Source of the DNA: Gemmatimonadota bacterium
Lineage (GTDB): Bacteria > Gemmatimonadota > Gemmatimonadetes > Gemmatimonadales > GWC2-71-9
Direction: 5' to 3'
Assembly (NCBI GenBank): GCA_003222205.1
Contig: QHVC01000045.1
Location: forward strand, 12,499 to 76,498
DNA: 64,000 nucleotides
Of the stretch, positions 35,781 through 44,008 are shown piece after piece. The notes below the pieces were generated by a model. That model was not told the DNA's origin. It saw only the letters and a program-made list of their open reading frames with translations, and did no database searches. Position numbers and translations under genes: made by a program. How positions within the stretch are numbered: position 1 is the first letter of the stretch; each line of letters opens with the position of its first letter.

Positions 35781-36457
35781 CGCCGCGCGCAGAGAACGGC
35801 GGCCGCATCGGTCTCGTCGGGACGTTGGTCGTGCACGGCGTGGCGCTCATGCTGCTGCTGTCGTCGGTGGCGGGCGCGCGGAGGGCGCCGCCGACGTATC
35901 GGGTGCGGCTGGTCGCCGCGCCGGCGCCGGGGCAGGAGGAGCGCCGCGCTCCCGAGGCCGTGCAGCGCGAGGCCGAGCCGCTGACGCCGCCGGCGCCCAC
36001 CAAGCGGCCGCCGCCCAAGAGCACCGTGTCGCGCGCCGCGCCGCCGCCGGCGCCCGATGCGAATCGCCGCGAGCCCGCGCCCCGCACGACATCCCCGAAC
36101 GAGCCGCTCCCCGGGGAGACGCCGTCCACGGGCAACGATCCCATGACGGTGAGCCTGGGAGGGATCGAGTTCCCCTTCCCTGAGTACATCAACAACATGT
36201 ATTCCCAGGTGCGGCGGCGCTGGCAGCGACCGCTCCAGAGCACGCCCCTCGAGGCGGAGGTCTCGTTCTTCGTCCACCGCGACGGCTCGGTGACGGATCT
36301 GCAGTTCATCCGGCGCTCGGGAAACTTCGGGTTCGACCTCGAGGCGCAGGGCGCGATCGAGGACGCTGGCAAGTTCAAGGCGTTCGGGGCGCTGCCGGAC
36401 GGGTGGGCGGCCGATGTCCTGTTCGTGCGGTTTTATTTCTCTGGAAGACGTTCGTGA
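35777..36457 (+). CDS. TolA/TonB-like energy-transducer protein
   Basis: N-terminal TM anchor (LVGTLVVHGVALMLLL), a Pro-rich spacer and a TonB-C-like domain (Y...........A.V.F.V.RDGSV.DL...RSSG...D..A..A). Sits in the tolA position of the cluster. Confidence 0.7.
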   Translation: MTPRAENGGRIGLVGTLVVHGVALMLLLSSVAGARRAPPTYRVRLVAAPAPGQEERRAPEAVQREAEPLTPPAPTKRPPPKSTVSRAAPPPAPDANRREPAPRTTSPNEPLPGETPSTGNDPMTVSLGGIEFPFPEYINNMYSQVRRRWQRPLQSTPLEAEVSFFVHRDGSVTDLQFIRRSGNFGFDLEAQGAIEDAGKFKAFGALPDGWAADVLFVRFYFSGRRS

Positions 36458-37842
36458 GGTTCCTGCTGCTCGGCCTCGGCCTGGTGGTGTGGGTCGGTCC
36501 GACCGTCCGGCGGTCCGACGCGCAAGACACTTCCGCCATCGATCGCGGCGTGCGCATCGGGATCGTGTACCAGCCCGGTGTGCGGCCCGGGCTGGTGGTC
36601 CTGCCGGGGCGCCCCGCGGGGCTCGATTCGGCGCGCGCGATGCTGATGCGCGACCTGGACTACAGTGACCGCTTCGAGCTCATTACGCTGCCGGCCGGCG
36701 ATTCGCTGCGCGTCGGGGCGGCGGCGCTCGGCACGGCTCCCCCCGCCCGCGGAGCCCCCGCACGCGGACGCACGGGCGGGGCGCCAGCAGCGGGACCCAA
36801 CTATCCCCTGTACCTCGCCCTCGGCGCCGACTTCATCGTGGACGTGCGCGCCGCAGGGGACACGGCGGTTGTCGACCTGCACGACGTCGCCGCCGGCGCG
36901 CTGCGGCGGGCGTTCCCGGCCCGGCTCCCCGCGCCGGGAGCGGCGGGCTTCCGCATGGCGGTCCACCGGCTGGCCGACCAGGTGCTCCAGGCGACGCTCG
37001 GGGCCCCCGGCATGGCGGCGACGCGCGTCGGGTTCGTCAAGGACGGCAAGGTGTACGTGATCGATCAGGACGGTGCCGACATGCATCTCGTCTCCTCGAC
37101 CGATCGCCAGGCGATGTCGCCGGCCTGGGCGCCCGACGCGCGACGCCTCGCCTACATGGAATTCTGGCAAGGGCACGGACAGCTCTTCGTGCAGGACCTG
37201 GGAAACGGTGAGCGCACCGCCGTCGCGACCACCGGCCGGGCGCTGGATTTCACACCCGCGTTCTCGCCGGATGGGAAGACGCTCGCCTTCAGCCGCGCCA
37301 CCGAGGAAGGCACCGATGTCTACACCGTCAACGCCAAGGACAACTGCTGCTTGCAACGCTTGACCGTGGGGCGCTTTTCGGACAACTTGTCCCCTGCCTA
37401 CAGTCCCGACGGGCAGCGGATCGCGTTCGTCTCGACCCGCTCGGGTCTGCCGCAGATCTACGTGATGGCGGCGGACGGGACGGACCAGCAGCTGTTCGCG
37501 CCCTTCGATTACGGCGTCACGGGCGCGTCCAACGCGCCCGAGTGGTCGCCCGACGGGCAATCGGTCGCGTTCCATCGGGATGTGGCGGGCACGTTGCAGG
37601 TGTTCGTGCTGGACGTGCGCACCCGCACGGTTCGCCAGCTGACCTCGGTCGGGCGCAACGAGGATCCGACCTGGGCACCCGACAGCCGCCACCTGGCGTT
37701 CGTATCCGATCGCTCCGGGTACCGGCAGTTGTGGATCATTGATTTGGACACCGGCCGCATCCGGCCGCTCCTGCAGCAGAGCGGCGCGCGGCTGCCGGCC
37801 TGGTCTCCCCGGCTTCCGGAGACCGCCGCGACGAACCCCTGA
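36454..37842 (+). CDS. tolB: Tol-Pal system beta-propeller protein TolB
   Basis: Signal peptide, N-terminal TolB domain (MLMRDLDYSDRFEL), then repeated WD40-like blades with P.WSPDG / P.FSPDG / PAYSPDG / PEWSPDG / PTWAPDS. Confidence 0.9.
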   Translation: MRFLLLGLGLVVWVGPTVRRSDAQDTSAIDRGVRIGIVYQPGVRPGLVVLPGRPAGLDSARAMLMRDLDYSDRFELITLPAGDSLRVGAAALGTAPPARGAPARGRTGGAPAAGPNYPLYLALGADFIVDVRAAGDTAVVDLHDVAAGALRRAFPARLPAPGAAGFRMAVHRLADQVLQATLGAPGMAATRVGFVKDGKVYVIDQDGADMHLVSSTDRQAMSPAWAPDARRLAYMEFWQGHGQLFVQDLGNGERTAVATTGRALDFTPAFSPDGKTLAFSRATEEGTDVYTVNAKDNCCLQRLTVGRFSDNLSPAYSPDGQRIAFVSTRSGLPQIYVMAADGTDQQLFAPFDYGVTGASNAPEWSPDGQSVAFHRDVAGTLQVFVLDVRTRTVRQLTSVGRNEDPTWAPDSRHLAFVSDRSGYRQLWIIDLDTGRIRPLLQQSGARLPAWSPRLPETAATNP

Positions 37843-37864
37843 CCCCTGGAGAGAGGCACAGACG

Positions 37865-38482
37865 ATGAAACGCCTAACCTTGCTGGCCCTGGCCGTCGTC
37901 GCCGGCGCCGTCACGGCCGCCGCGTGCGGTGGACCCAAGCCGCCGCCGCAAGCGCCGACGCCCCAGCCGAACGCCGACTCGGCCGCCGCCGCTGAGCGGG
38001 CGCGGCAAGACTCGATGGACGCGGCGAACCGCGCCGCCCAGGCCGCCGAGGCCGAACGCGCGCGGCGCCAGCAGGAGGCCGATGCGGCGGCTGGCGCGCA
38101 GCGGACGACGGAAGAGGTCCGCGCGATGCTGGCGGCGATGATCCACTTCGACTACGACAAGGCCGTGCTGCGCGGGGACGATGTCGGCACTCTCGATCAG
38201 AAGGTGGCGACCCTGCAGGCCAACCCGAACCTGCGGATCCGCATCAGCGGCCACTGCGACGAGCGCGGGTCGGATGAGTACAACCTCGCTCTCGGCAACC
38301 GCCGTGCGACCGCGGCCAAGCAGTATCTCGTGAGCCACGGCATCGACGCGGGTCGCATCGAGACGACCTCGTACGGGGAAGAGCGGCCGCTGGCGCAGGG
38401 CCACGACGAGAGCGCGTGGGCGCAGAACCGCCGCGACGAGTTCGAGATCATCAGCGGCGGGGACGCCCTCAAGAAGCCGTAA
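37865..38482 (+). CDS. pal: peptidoglycan-associated lipoprotein Pal (OmpA-C family)
   Basis: Lipobox AVTAAAC. OmpA-like domain IHFDYDKAVLR....LD......L..NP...I.I.GHCDERGS.EYNLALG.RRA.A...YL...G.....I...SYGEE.P. Confidence 0.9.
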   Translation: MKRLTLLALAVVAGAVTAAACGGPKPPPQAPTPQPNADSAAAAERARQDSMDAANRAAQAAEAERARRQQEADAAAGAQRTTEEVRAMLAAMIHFDYDKAVLRGDDVGTLDQKVATLQANPNLRIRISGHCDERGSDEYNLALGNRRATAAKQYLVSHGIDAGRIETTSYGEERPLAQGHDESAWAQNRRDEFEIISGGDALKKP

Positions 38483-38484
38483 CG

Positions 38485-39282
38485 GTGCGTCGCCTGCTGC
38501 GCTGCGCCGTTCTCCCGATCCTGGGGCTCGCCGCCGGCTGCGCCTTGAAGGGCGACGTGCGGCGCGTCGAGCTCCAGGTGACGGCGCTGCGCGCCGACCT
38601 GGCGCGCAGCGACAGCGTGCGCCGGGCGGAGCGGGATTCGACCCTCGCGGTCATCGCGGCCGTCCAGGCCGCGCTGACCGCGCAGCAGAGCTTTCTCGTG
38701 CAGATGCGCGGCGACCTCCGCACCGATCTCCTCAACGTGCAGCAGCAGATGGTCTCGGTCTTGGAGAACACCGGCCTCAGCCAACAGCGGCTCACGGAGC
38801 TGCGCACCCGCATCCTGGAGCAACAGCAGCAGGTCGCGAACCAGCCGCCCGCCGGCGCCCCGCCGGCCGGCGGGGCGCCGGTCGGCCCGTCCGGGAACCC
38901 GGCGGGACCGGGGCCGGACCAGATGTACGACCTCGCGTTCCAGCAGTTCCGGGCGAGCCGCTACGCCACCGCGCGGCTCGGCTTCCGCGAGTTCCTCAAG
39001 GTCTATCCCACCCACGAGCGTGTGCCCGACGCCCTGTTCTACCTCGGGGAGACGTTCGCCCAGGACCACCCCGACTCGGCGGCTGCGGTGTATGACCAGC
39101 TCGTGAAGCAGTTCCCGAACTCGCCGCGCGCGCCATCGGCGCTCTACAAGCTCGGACTCTTCGCCGAACAGCGGGGGGACAAGGCCGCCGCCCGGATCTT
39201 TTATGTGCGCGTCACCACCGGCTATCCCCGCTCGGACGAAGCCAACCTCGCGCGCGACCGCCTCCAGCGCCTCGGGCGCTAG
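38485..39282 (+). CDS. cpoB: cell-division coordinator CpoB (YbgF family)
   Basis: Lipoprotein-like N-terminus (LGLAAGC), a coiled-coil segment, then the YbgF TPR domain (YD.A...F....Y..A...F..FL..YP.....P.A.Y.LGE........A...Y..L...FP.SP.A..A..KLG). Confidence 0.8.
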   Translation: MRRLLRCAVLPILGLAAGCALKGDVRRVELQVTALRADLARSDSVRRAERDSTLAVIAAVQAALTAQQSFLVQMRGDLRTDLLNVQQQMVSVLENTGLSQQRLTELRTRILEQQQQVANQPPAGAPPAGGAPVGPSGNPAGPGPDQMYDLAFQQFRASRYATARLGFREFLKVYPTHERVPDALFYLGETFAQDHPDSAAAVYDQLVKQFPNSPRAPSALYKLGLFAEQRGDKAAARIFYVRVTTGYPRSDEANLARDRLQRLGR

Positions 39283-39299
39283 CCGCGCCGGAGGCCCCC

Positions 39300-42200
39300 G
39301 TGCCGGAGCCCTCCTCCCGCGGCGAAATGCCGTTCCTCGACCATCTCGAGGAGCTGCGCTGGCGCATCCTCTATAGCCTGCTGGCCGTCGTCCTCTGCAC
39401 GCTGGTCGGCTGGTGGGTCGTGCAGCATTTCGACGTCATCGGCCTGCTCAAACGGCCGATCGCGCCGCTGATTCCCAACGGGCGGCTGGTGTTCACCAGC
39501 CCCACCGACCCGTTCTTCATCACGTTGAAGCTCGCCTTCGTGTTCGGGCTGTTGTTCGCCTCGCCGGTCGTCGCGTATCAGATCTGGCGGTTCCTGGCGC
39601 CCGCCCTCTACGAGCGCGAACGCCGCGTGATCGTTCCGGCGTTCTCGGTGGGGATCGTCCTCTTTCTCGGCGGGGCCACCGCGGCCTACCTCTGGGTCCT
39701 GCCCCGGGCCCTCGCCGTGCTGCTCTCGCTCCAGCGTCAGGAGCTCGCGCCGATGATCACGGCGGATGCCTACTTCGGCATCGCCGCGCAGCTCATCATC
39801 GCCTTCGGTCTCATCACCGAGCTGCCGCTCGTCGTGACGATTCTGGCCGCGCTGGGCGTGGTGACGCCCCGGTTCCTGGCCAAGAACCGCCGCTACGCGA
39901 TCGTGCTCTCGGCCGTCGCCGCCGCGCTCCTCAGCCCGCCCGACGCGGTCTCGATGATCGTGATGCTGGTCCCCCTGCTCCTGCTCTATGAAGTGAGCAT
40001 CCTCTGCGCCTGGGTCATGACGCGGCGCCGCGCGCGCCGCGAGGCCGGAGCCGGCGCCGCCAGCCGCACCGCGGCGCTCCTGCTCCTCCTCGCGGCCCTG
40101 GGGGGTACGCTGTCGGCGCAGCAGCCTGCGCCCAAGCCCCCGGGAGTCCGCGCGGATACGACGCCCCGCCACGTGCCCGGCCAGCCGGTCCAGGGCCAGG
40201 CCATCGACACCGGCGCCGCCCGCCGCCTCGGCCTCCCGACCGGACCCACCCGCAGCTTCCCGCCCGCCGATTCCGTCATTGACTCGCTGCTCAAGCTCCC
40301 TGGCTACCGCGTTACCCAGTACGTCGCCGACACGCTCATCGTCGAGGGAGACAGCCAGGCGATCGTCCTGCGGGGCGCGGCGTTTCTCGACCGCGAAGGG
40401 ACGAAGCTCGAGGCCGATTCGGTGCGCTATCGCGAGGCGAGCTGCCGGCTCGACGCCGCGGGCGATCCGCGCCTCTTCGACCAGAATAGTGCGGGCCAGA
40501 GCACAGTGCTCATCGGGGAAGGGATGCGCTACGACACCTGCCTGAAGCGGGGCACCGTCCGGGAGGCGCTCACCAGCTTTCAGCAGGGCGGCGCCACCTG
40601 GTTCATGCGCGGCGACATGGCCGTGGACTCCGGCTCCACGCGCCTCTACGGGGCCAAGAGCGAGATCACGTCGTCCGACCGTCCCGTGCCCGAATACCAC
40701 TTCGCCGCCGGCGAAGTGAAGTGGCTGAACAAGAACGTGATGGTGGCGCGCCCCGCGGTCCTCTACATCCGCGACGTCCCCATCCTGTGGATGCCGTTCA
40801 TCTTCCAGGACATCCGCAGCGGCCGGCGCAGCGGATTCCTCGTGCCCCGCTTCGGCCTGAACGACCTGGTGCGGCCCACGCGGCGCTACGAGCGTCACAT
40901 CGCCAACCTCGGCTACTACTGGGTCGTCAACGACTACGTGGACGTCCTGGCGTCGACCGACTGGTTCGCGGGGCATAGTCTGGCCTTCAACGCCTCCAGT
41001 GACTACCGCTGGCTCGATCGCTTTATCACGGGGCGCATCTCGTATACGCGCTTGAAGCAGCTCGACGCAGCCGCCCCCGCGTCCAGCCGCATCGGGTGGC
41101 AGCACAACCAGGCGTTCGACAGCCGCACCCGCTTCAACGCCAGCGTCGACTACTTCACGAGCCCGCAAGTCGTGCAGCGCAACACGCCGGACCCGTATCT
41201 CTCCACCGCCCAGGTGACCTCGTCGGTGAACTTCGACAAGCGCTTCGACTGGGGGACGTTCAACCTCGGCGGCAGCCGCTCCCAGAACCTGGCCAACGAT
41301 CTCGTCCAGCAGAACTTCCCGCGGGTGACGCTCACGCCGGCCCCGATCAATCTCGGAGAGACATTTACCTGGTCGCCCGCGTTCTCGTACAACAACAGCC
41401 AGACGTTCCACTCCCCAGCGGCCGCCCTGCTGGTTCCCGGCGCGGCCGGCCCCGACACGCTCGCCGGGTTCTTCGACACGCGGCAGAGCGATCTGTCGCT
41501 CGGCACACCATTGCGCATCGGCCGGTGGAACTGGAGCAATCAGCTGACCGTCACCGACCGGGCCAGCAACCAACGCACCGAAGTCGCCCTGGCAGACCCG
41601 ACCGATCCCACGGGGATCCGTCGCGTGCTGTACGGCCGCACCTTCGAGACGCGCGTCGACTGGAGCACGGGCATCAACCTGCCGCAGCTGTTCTCCGGCA
41701 CCTGGAAGCTGCAGCCGGGGGTCCAGATCCTGAATCAGACCGGCGCCGGCCCGTTCGCCATCCGCAACCAGTTCACGGGTGGCGAGTGGGTGCGGCAGGG
41801 GAAGCGCTTGGCCTTCTCGGCGGGGATGGCGCCGACGTTCTTCGGCTTCCTGCCCGGCTTCGGCCCGGTGGCGCGCGTGCGCCACTCGATCCAGTGGATC
41901 GTGAGCTACCAGTACGCGCCCGCGTCCCGGGTCGACTCCGCGTACGCCCACGCGATCGACCCGGGCGGGACGAACTTCAAGGCGCGCAGCGATCCGCAGC
42001 AGACGATCACGGTCTCGCTGTCCCAGAACCTCGAGGCCAAGCTCAAGCCGCTCCCAGGCGACACGACGGCGGAGCAGCAGCCCCGCAAGATCCGCCTGCT
42101 CGGCATCACCACGTCGGGGGTGTCGTACAACTTCGAGCAGGCCAAGCGGCGCGGGTTCACGGGGTGGCAGACCCAGACGCTGACGAACACCTTCGCCTCG

Positions 42201-42815
42201 GGTCTCATCCCCTTCAGCCTGACGGTCACCCACGACCTGTGGCGTGGTACCGCGGGCACGGACAGCGCCCGGTTCGATCCGTTTCTGCAAAGCGTGTCGC
42301 TGAGTGGATTCACCATCACGGAGGGGACGTTGCGGGCGATCGGGGGGCTGCTCGGCCTGGCCACCGGGCGATCGGCGCCGTCCCCGGCGGCGCCACCGCA
42401 AGGAGCCCAACCCCCCCTCACACCTCCCGAGGCGCTGCCTCCACAGGGCTTTGGGCACGCTCCGCGCGGCGTCGCCGCGCTCCCGGGTGCCGGTCGGGGC
42501 TTTAGCTTGCAGGTGTCGACGCTGACGATTTCCCGCACGCGCGGAGGGCGTTCGCGCACGGAGCAGGTGGGGCTCGCGATGGCGTTCAGCCCGACCCCGA
42601 ACTGGTCGCTGTCGTGGAGAACGAGCTACGATTTCGTCACCCAGCAGTTCGCCGAGCATTACGTGAGCCTCGAGCGCGACCTGCACCGCTGGCACGCCAG
42701 CTTCTCGTTCGTGAAGAGCCCCAACGGCAACTTCGCGTTCAGCTTCTACGTCTCCCTCCTCGACGAGCCGGACGTCAAGTTCGATTACGACCAGCGGACA
42801 TACCGCGCTCCGTAG
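39300..42815 (+). CDS. single ORF: Sec-independent translocase TatC fused in frame to an LptD/OstA-like outer-membrane protein
   Basis: Stop-free frame of 1171 codons. GGAGG lies 5 nt before GTG 39300 (alternative start ATG 39327). Residues ~10-245 are a complete TatC. After a signal-peptide-like joint, ~900 aa are LptD-like (see findings). Confidence 0.8.
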   Translation: MPEPSSRGEMPFLDHLEELRWRILYSLLAVVLCTLVGWWVVQHFDVIGLLKRPIAPLIPNGRLVFTSPTDPFFITLKLAFVFGLLFASPVVAYQIWRFLAPALYERERRVIVPAFSVGIVLFLGGATAAYLWVLPRALAVLLSLQRQELAPMITADAYFGIAAQLIIAFGLITELPLVVTILAALGVVTPRFLAKNRRYAIVLSAVAAALLSPPDAVSMIVMLVPLLLLYEVSILCAWVMTRRRARREAGAGAASRTAALLLLLAALGGTLSAQQPAPKPPGVRADTTPRHVPGQPVQGQAIDTGAARRLGLPTGPTRSFPPADSVIDSLLKLPGYRVTQYVADTLIVEGDSQAIVLRGAAFLDREGTKLEADSVRYREASCRLDAAGDPRLFDQNSAGQSTVLIGEGMRYDTCLKRGTVREALTSFQQGGATWFMRGDMAVDSGSTRLYGAKSEITSSDRPVPEYHFAAGEVKWLNKNVMVARPAVLYIRDVPILWMPFIFQDIRSGRRSGFLVPRFGLNDLVRPTRRYERHIANLGYYWVVNDYVDVLASTDWFAGHSLAFNASSDYRWLDRFITGRISYTRLKQLDAAAPASSRIGWQHNQAFDSRTRFNASVDYFTSPQVVQRNTPDPYLSTAQVTSSVNFDKRFDWGTFNLGGSRSQNLANDLVQQNFPRVTLTPAPINLGETFTWSPAFSYNNSQTFHSPAAALLVPGAAGPDTLAGFFDTRQSDLSLGTPLRIGRWNWSNQLTVTDRASNQRTEVALADPTDPTGIRRVLYGRTFETRVDWSTGINLPQLFSGTWKLQPGVQILNQTGAGPFAIRNQFTGGEWVRQGKRLAFSAGMAPTFFGFLPGFGPVARVRHSIQWIVSYQYAPASRVDSAYAHAIDPGGTNFKARSDPQQTITVSLSQNLEAKLKPLPGDTTAEQQPRKIRLLGITTSGVSYNFEQAKRRGFTGWQTQTLTNTFASGLIPFSLTVTHDLWRGTAGTDSARFDPFLQSVSLSGFTITEGTLRAIGGLLGLATGRSAPSPAAPPQGAQPPLTPPEALPPQGFGHAPRGVAALPGAGRGFSLQVSTLTISRTRGGRSRTEQVGLAMAFSPTPNWSLSWRTSYDFVTQQFAEHYVSLERDLHRWHASFSFVKSPNGNFAFSFYVSLLDEPDVKFDYDQRTYRAP
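40017..40118 (+). other. internal signal-peptide-like / extra TM joint with in-frame ATG inside the tatC-lptD frame
   Basis: ATG 40017 begins MTRRRARREAGAGAASRTAALLLLLAALGGTLSA followed by QQPAPK: basic n-region, hydrophobic core and a small-x-small (LSA) site ending at nt 40118. Confidence 0.5.
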
Positions 42816-42946
42816 ACGTTCGTTGTCCCCAGGAGAGGACATTCGGAAGGCGCGCCCTTCACGTAACAGGCCGCGCCGCTGGCGCTTACGTCACGGCATA
42901 GTCCCTGCTTTTGACTCCCGGCAGAGCACTTTCAGGCAAGGGAGCC

Positions 42947-43846
42947 ATGCGCGTGCTGCGATACGGAATGCTGGCGCTGATCTTCGGGGTGGCCGGCTGC
43001 GAGACGACTCAGATCGTCGACAACTCGCCGCTGCCGCTCGAGGCGCCCGACAGTCTCTTCTCGGTCTCCTTAAACGGGGCGATCGCCCTCTCGTGGACGG
43101 ATAACGCCTACCGCAGCGATCCCAACCGGTTCGCGGGGTATCGCGTCTACAGCACGAGCTATGACTTGAATCACGGATACTGCGGCACCACGTGGAGCGT
43201 GGAAGGCACGACGGTGGCGGCCGAGTTCCTGGTCGGCGCCGTGCAGAACGGGGTGCCGCACTGCTACGGCGTGACGGCGCTGAGCGTCGACGGCACTGAG
43301 AGCGACTGGTCGCCGCTGCGGCAGGACACGCCGCGCCCCGACGCCCGCAACGTGCTCGTCTCCGCCTATCAGGCGGACAGCCTGCGGTCGGGCTTCCGCT
43401 TCTGGGACGACGTGAACGGCGACGGCCGTGGCCAGGCAGGCGAGCTGGGCCTCATTCAGAACGGCAACCGCACCGATATCGACTTCTGGATCTATCGCGA
43501 CCCCGCCGATTCGACGTTGTGGATCGTGCCCGAATTCAGCGGCACCAGCATGCGGCTGTACAGTGCCTCCCCCGTGGGCGATCTGACCGACATCGACATC
43601 GCACCCGTGGGCGGCTACTCGCGCAACATGTTCCAGGCGGTTCCCGGCTACGGGTACGTGTTCCAGATCGTCGACGGGACCACGACGCTGCACTATGCCG
43701 CCCTGCGGGTGACGCACGTCGGCCGCGACTACCTGATCTTCGACTGGAGCGTCCAGACGGACTTGGGGAATCCCGAGCTGCTGCGCGCCGGCGGCGTACC
43801 GACCGCCGTTGAGACGGGTAGTGTCGTGGGGACAGGAGCCAAGTAG
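42947..43846 (+). CDS. hypothetical lipoprotein with FN3-like N-terminal domain
   Basis: MRVLRYGMLALIFGVAGC lipobox. The segment LSWTDNAY....FAGYRVYS........GVPHCYGVTALSVDGTESDWSP looks fibronectin-III-like. The C-terminal ~180 aa are unassigned. The upstream TTG 42911 is less likely. Confidence 0.62.
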   Translation: MRVLRYGMLALIFGVAGCETTQIVDNSPLPLEAPDSLFSVSLNGAIALSWTDNAYRSDPNRFAGYRVYSTSYDLNHGYCGTTWSVEGTTVAAEFLVGAVQNGVPHCYGVTALSVDGTESDWSPLRQDTPRPDARNVLVSAYQADSLRSGFRFWDDVNGDGRGQAGELGLIQNGNRTDIDFWIYRDPADSTLWIVPEFSGTSMRLYSASPVGDLTDIDIAPVGGYSRNMFQAVPGYGYVFQIVDGTTTLHYAALRVTHVGRDYLIFDWSVQTDLGNPELLRAGGVPTAVETGSVVGTGAK

Positions 43847-43961
43847 AGACGCCAGGACGCGCAGGCGCCAAGTGGACGCCGAGGATTGAGGGGCGAGGAC
43901 AGACACGGCCTCGCCCCTTTTGTCTGGGCGTCCACTCGGCGTCTTAGCGCCTGGGCGTCTT
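43847..43961. repeat. ~115-nt imperfect dyad-symmetric element built from GACGCC/GGCGTC units around a terminator hairpin
   Basis: AGTGGACGCC (43871-43880) pairs perfectly with GGCGTCCACT (43927-43936). The outer AGACGCCAGG (43847-43856) pairs with CCTGGGCGTCT (43951-43961). GACGCCGAG (43875-43883) also matches CTCGGCGTC (43935-43943). Confidence 0.5.
43890..43923 (+). terminator. intrinsic terminator downstream of the lipoprotein gene
   Basis: GGGGCGAGG (43890-43898), a 10-nt loop, CCTCGCCCC (43909-43917), then TTTTGT. Confidence 0.7.
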
Positions 43962-44008
43962 CCTATGACCTGGCTCCTCCCTCTACCCTCCAGTAGTTTC
44001 CCTGCAAC

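Noticed and set aside
42816-42946. ACGTAA ... TTACGT 6-nt inverted repeat and a TTGACT hexamer in the gap after the tatC-lptD frame.
   Set aside because: The arms are too short, with a G+C-rich 19-nt loop and no U-tract. No acceptable -10 element lies at the right distance from TTGACT. This is not distinguishable from chance.
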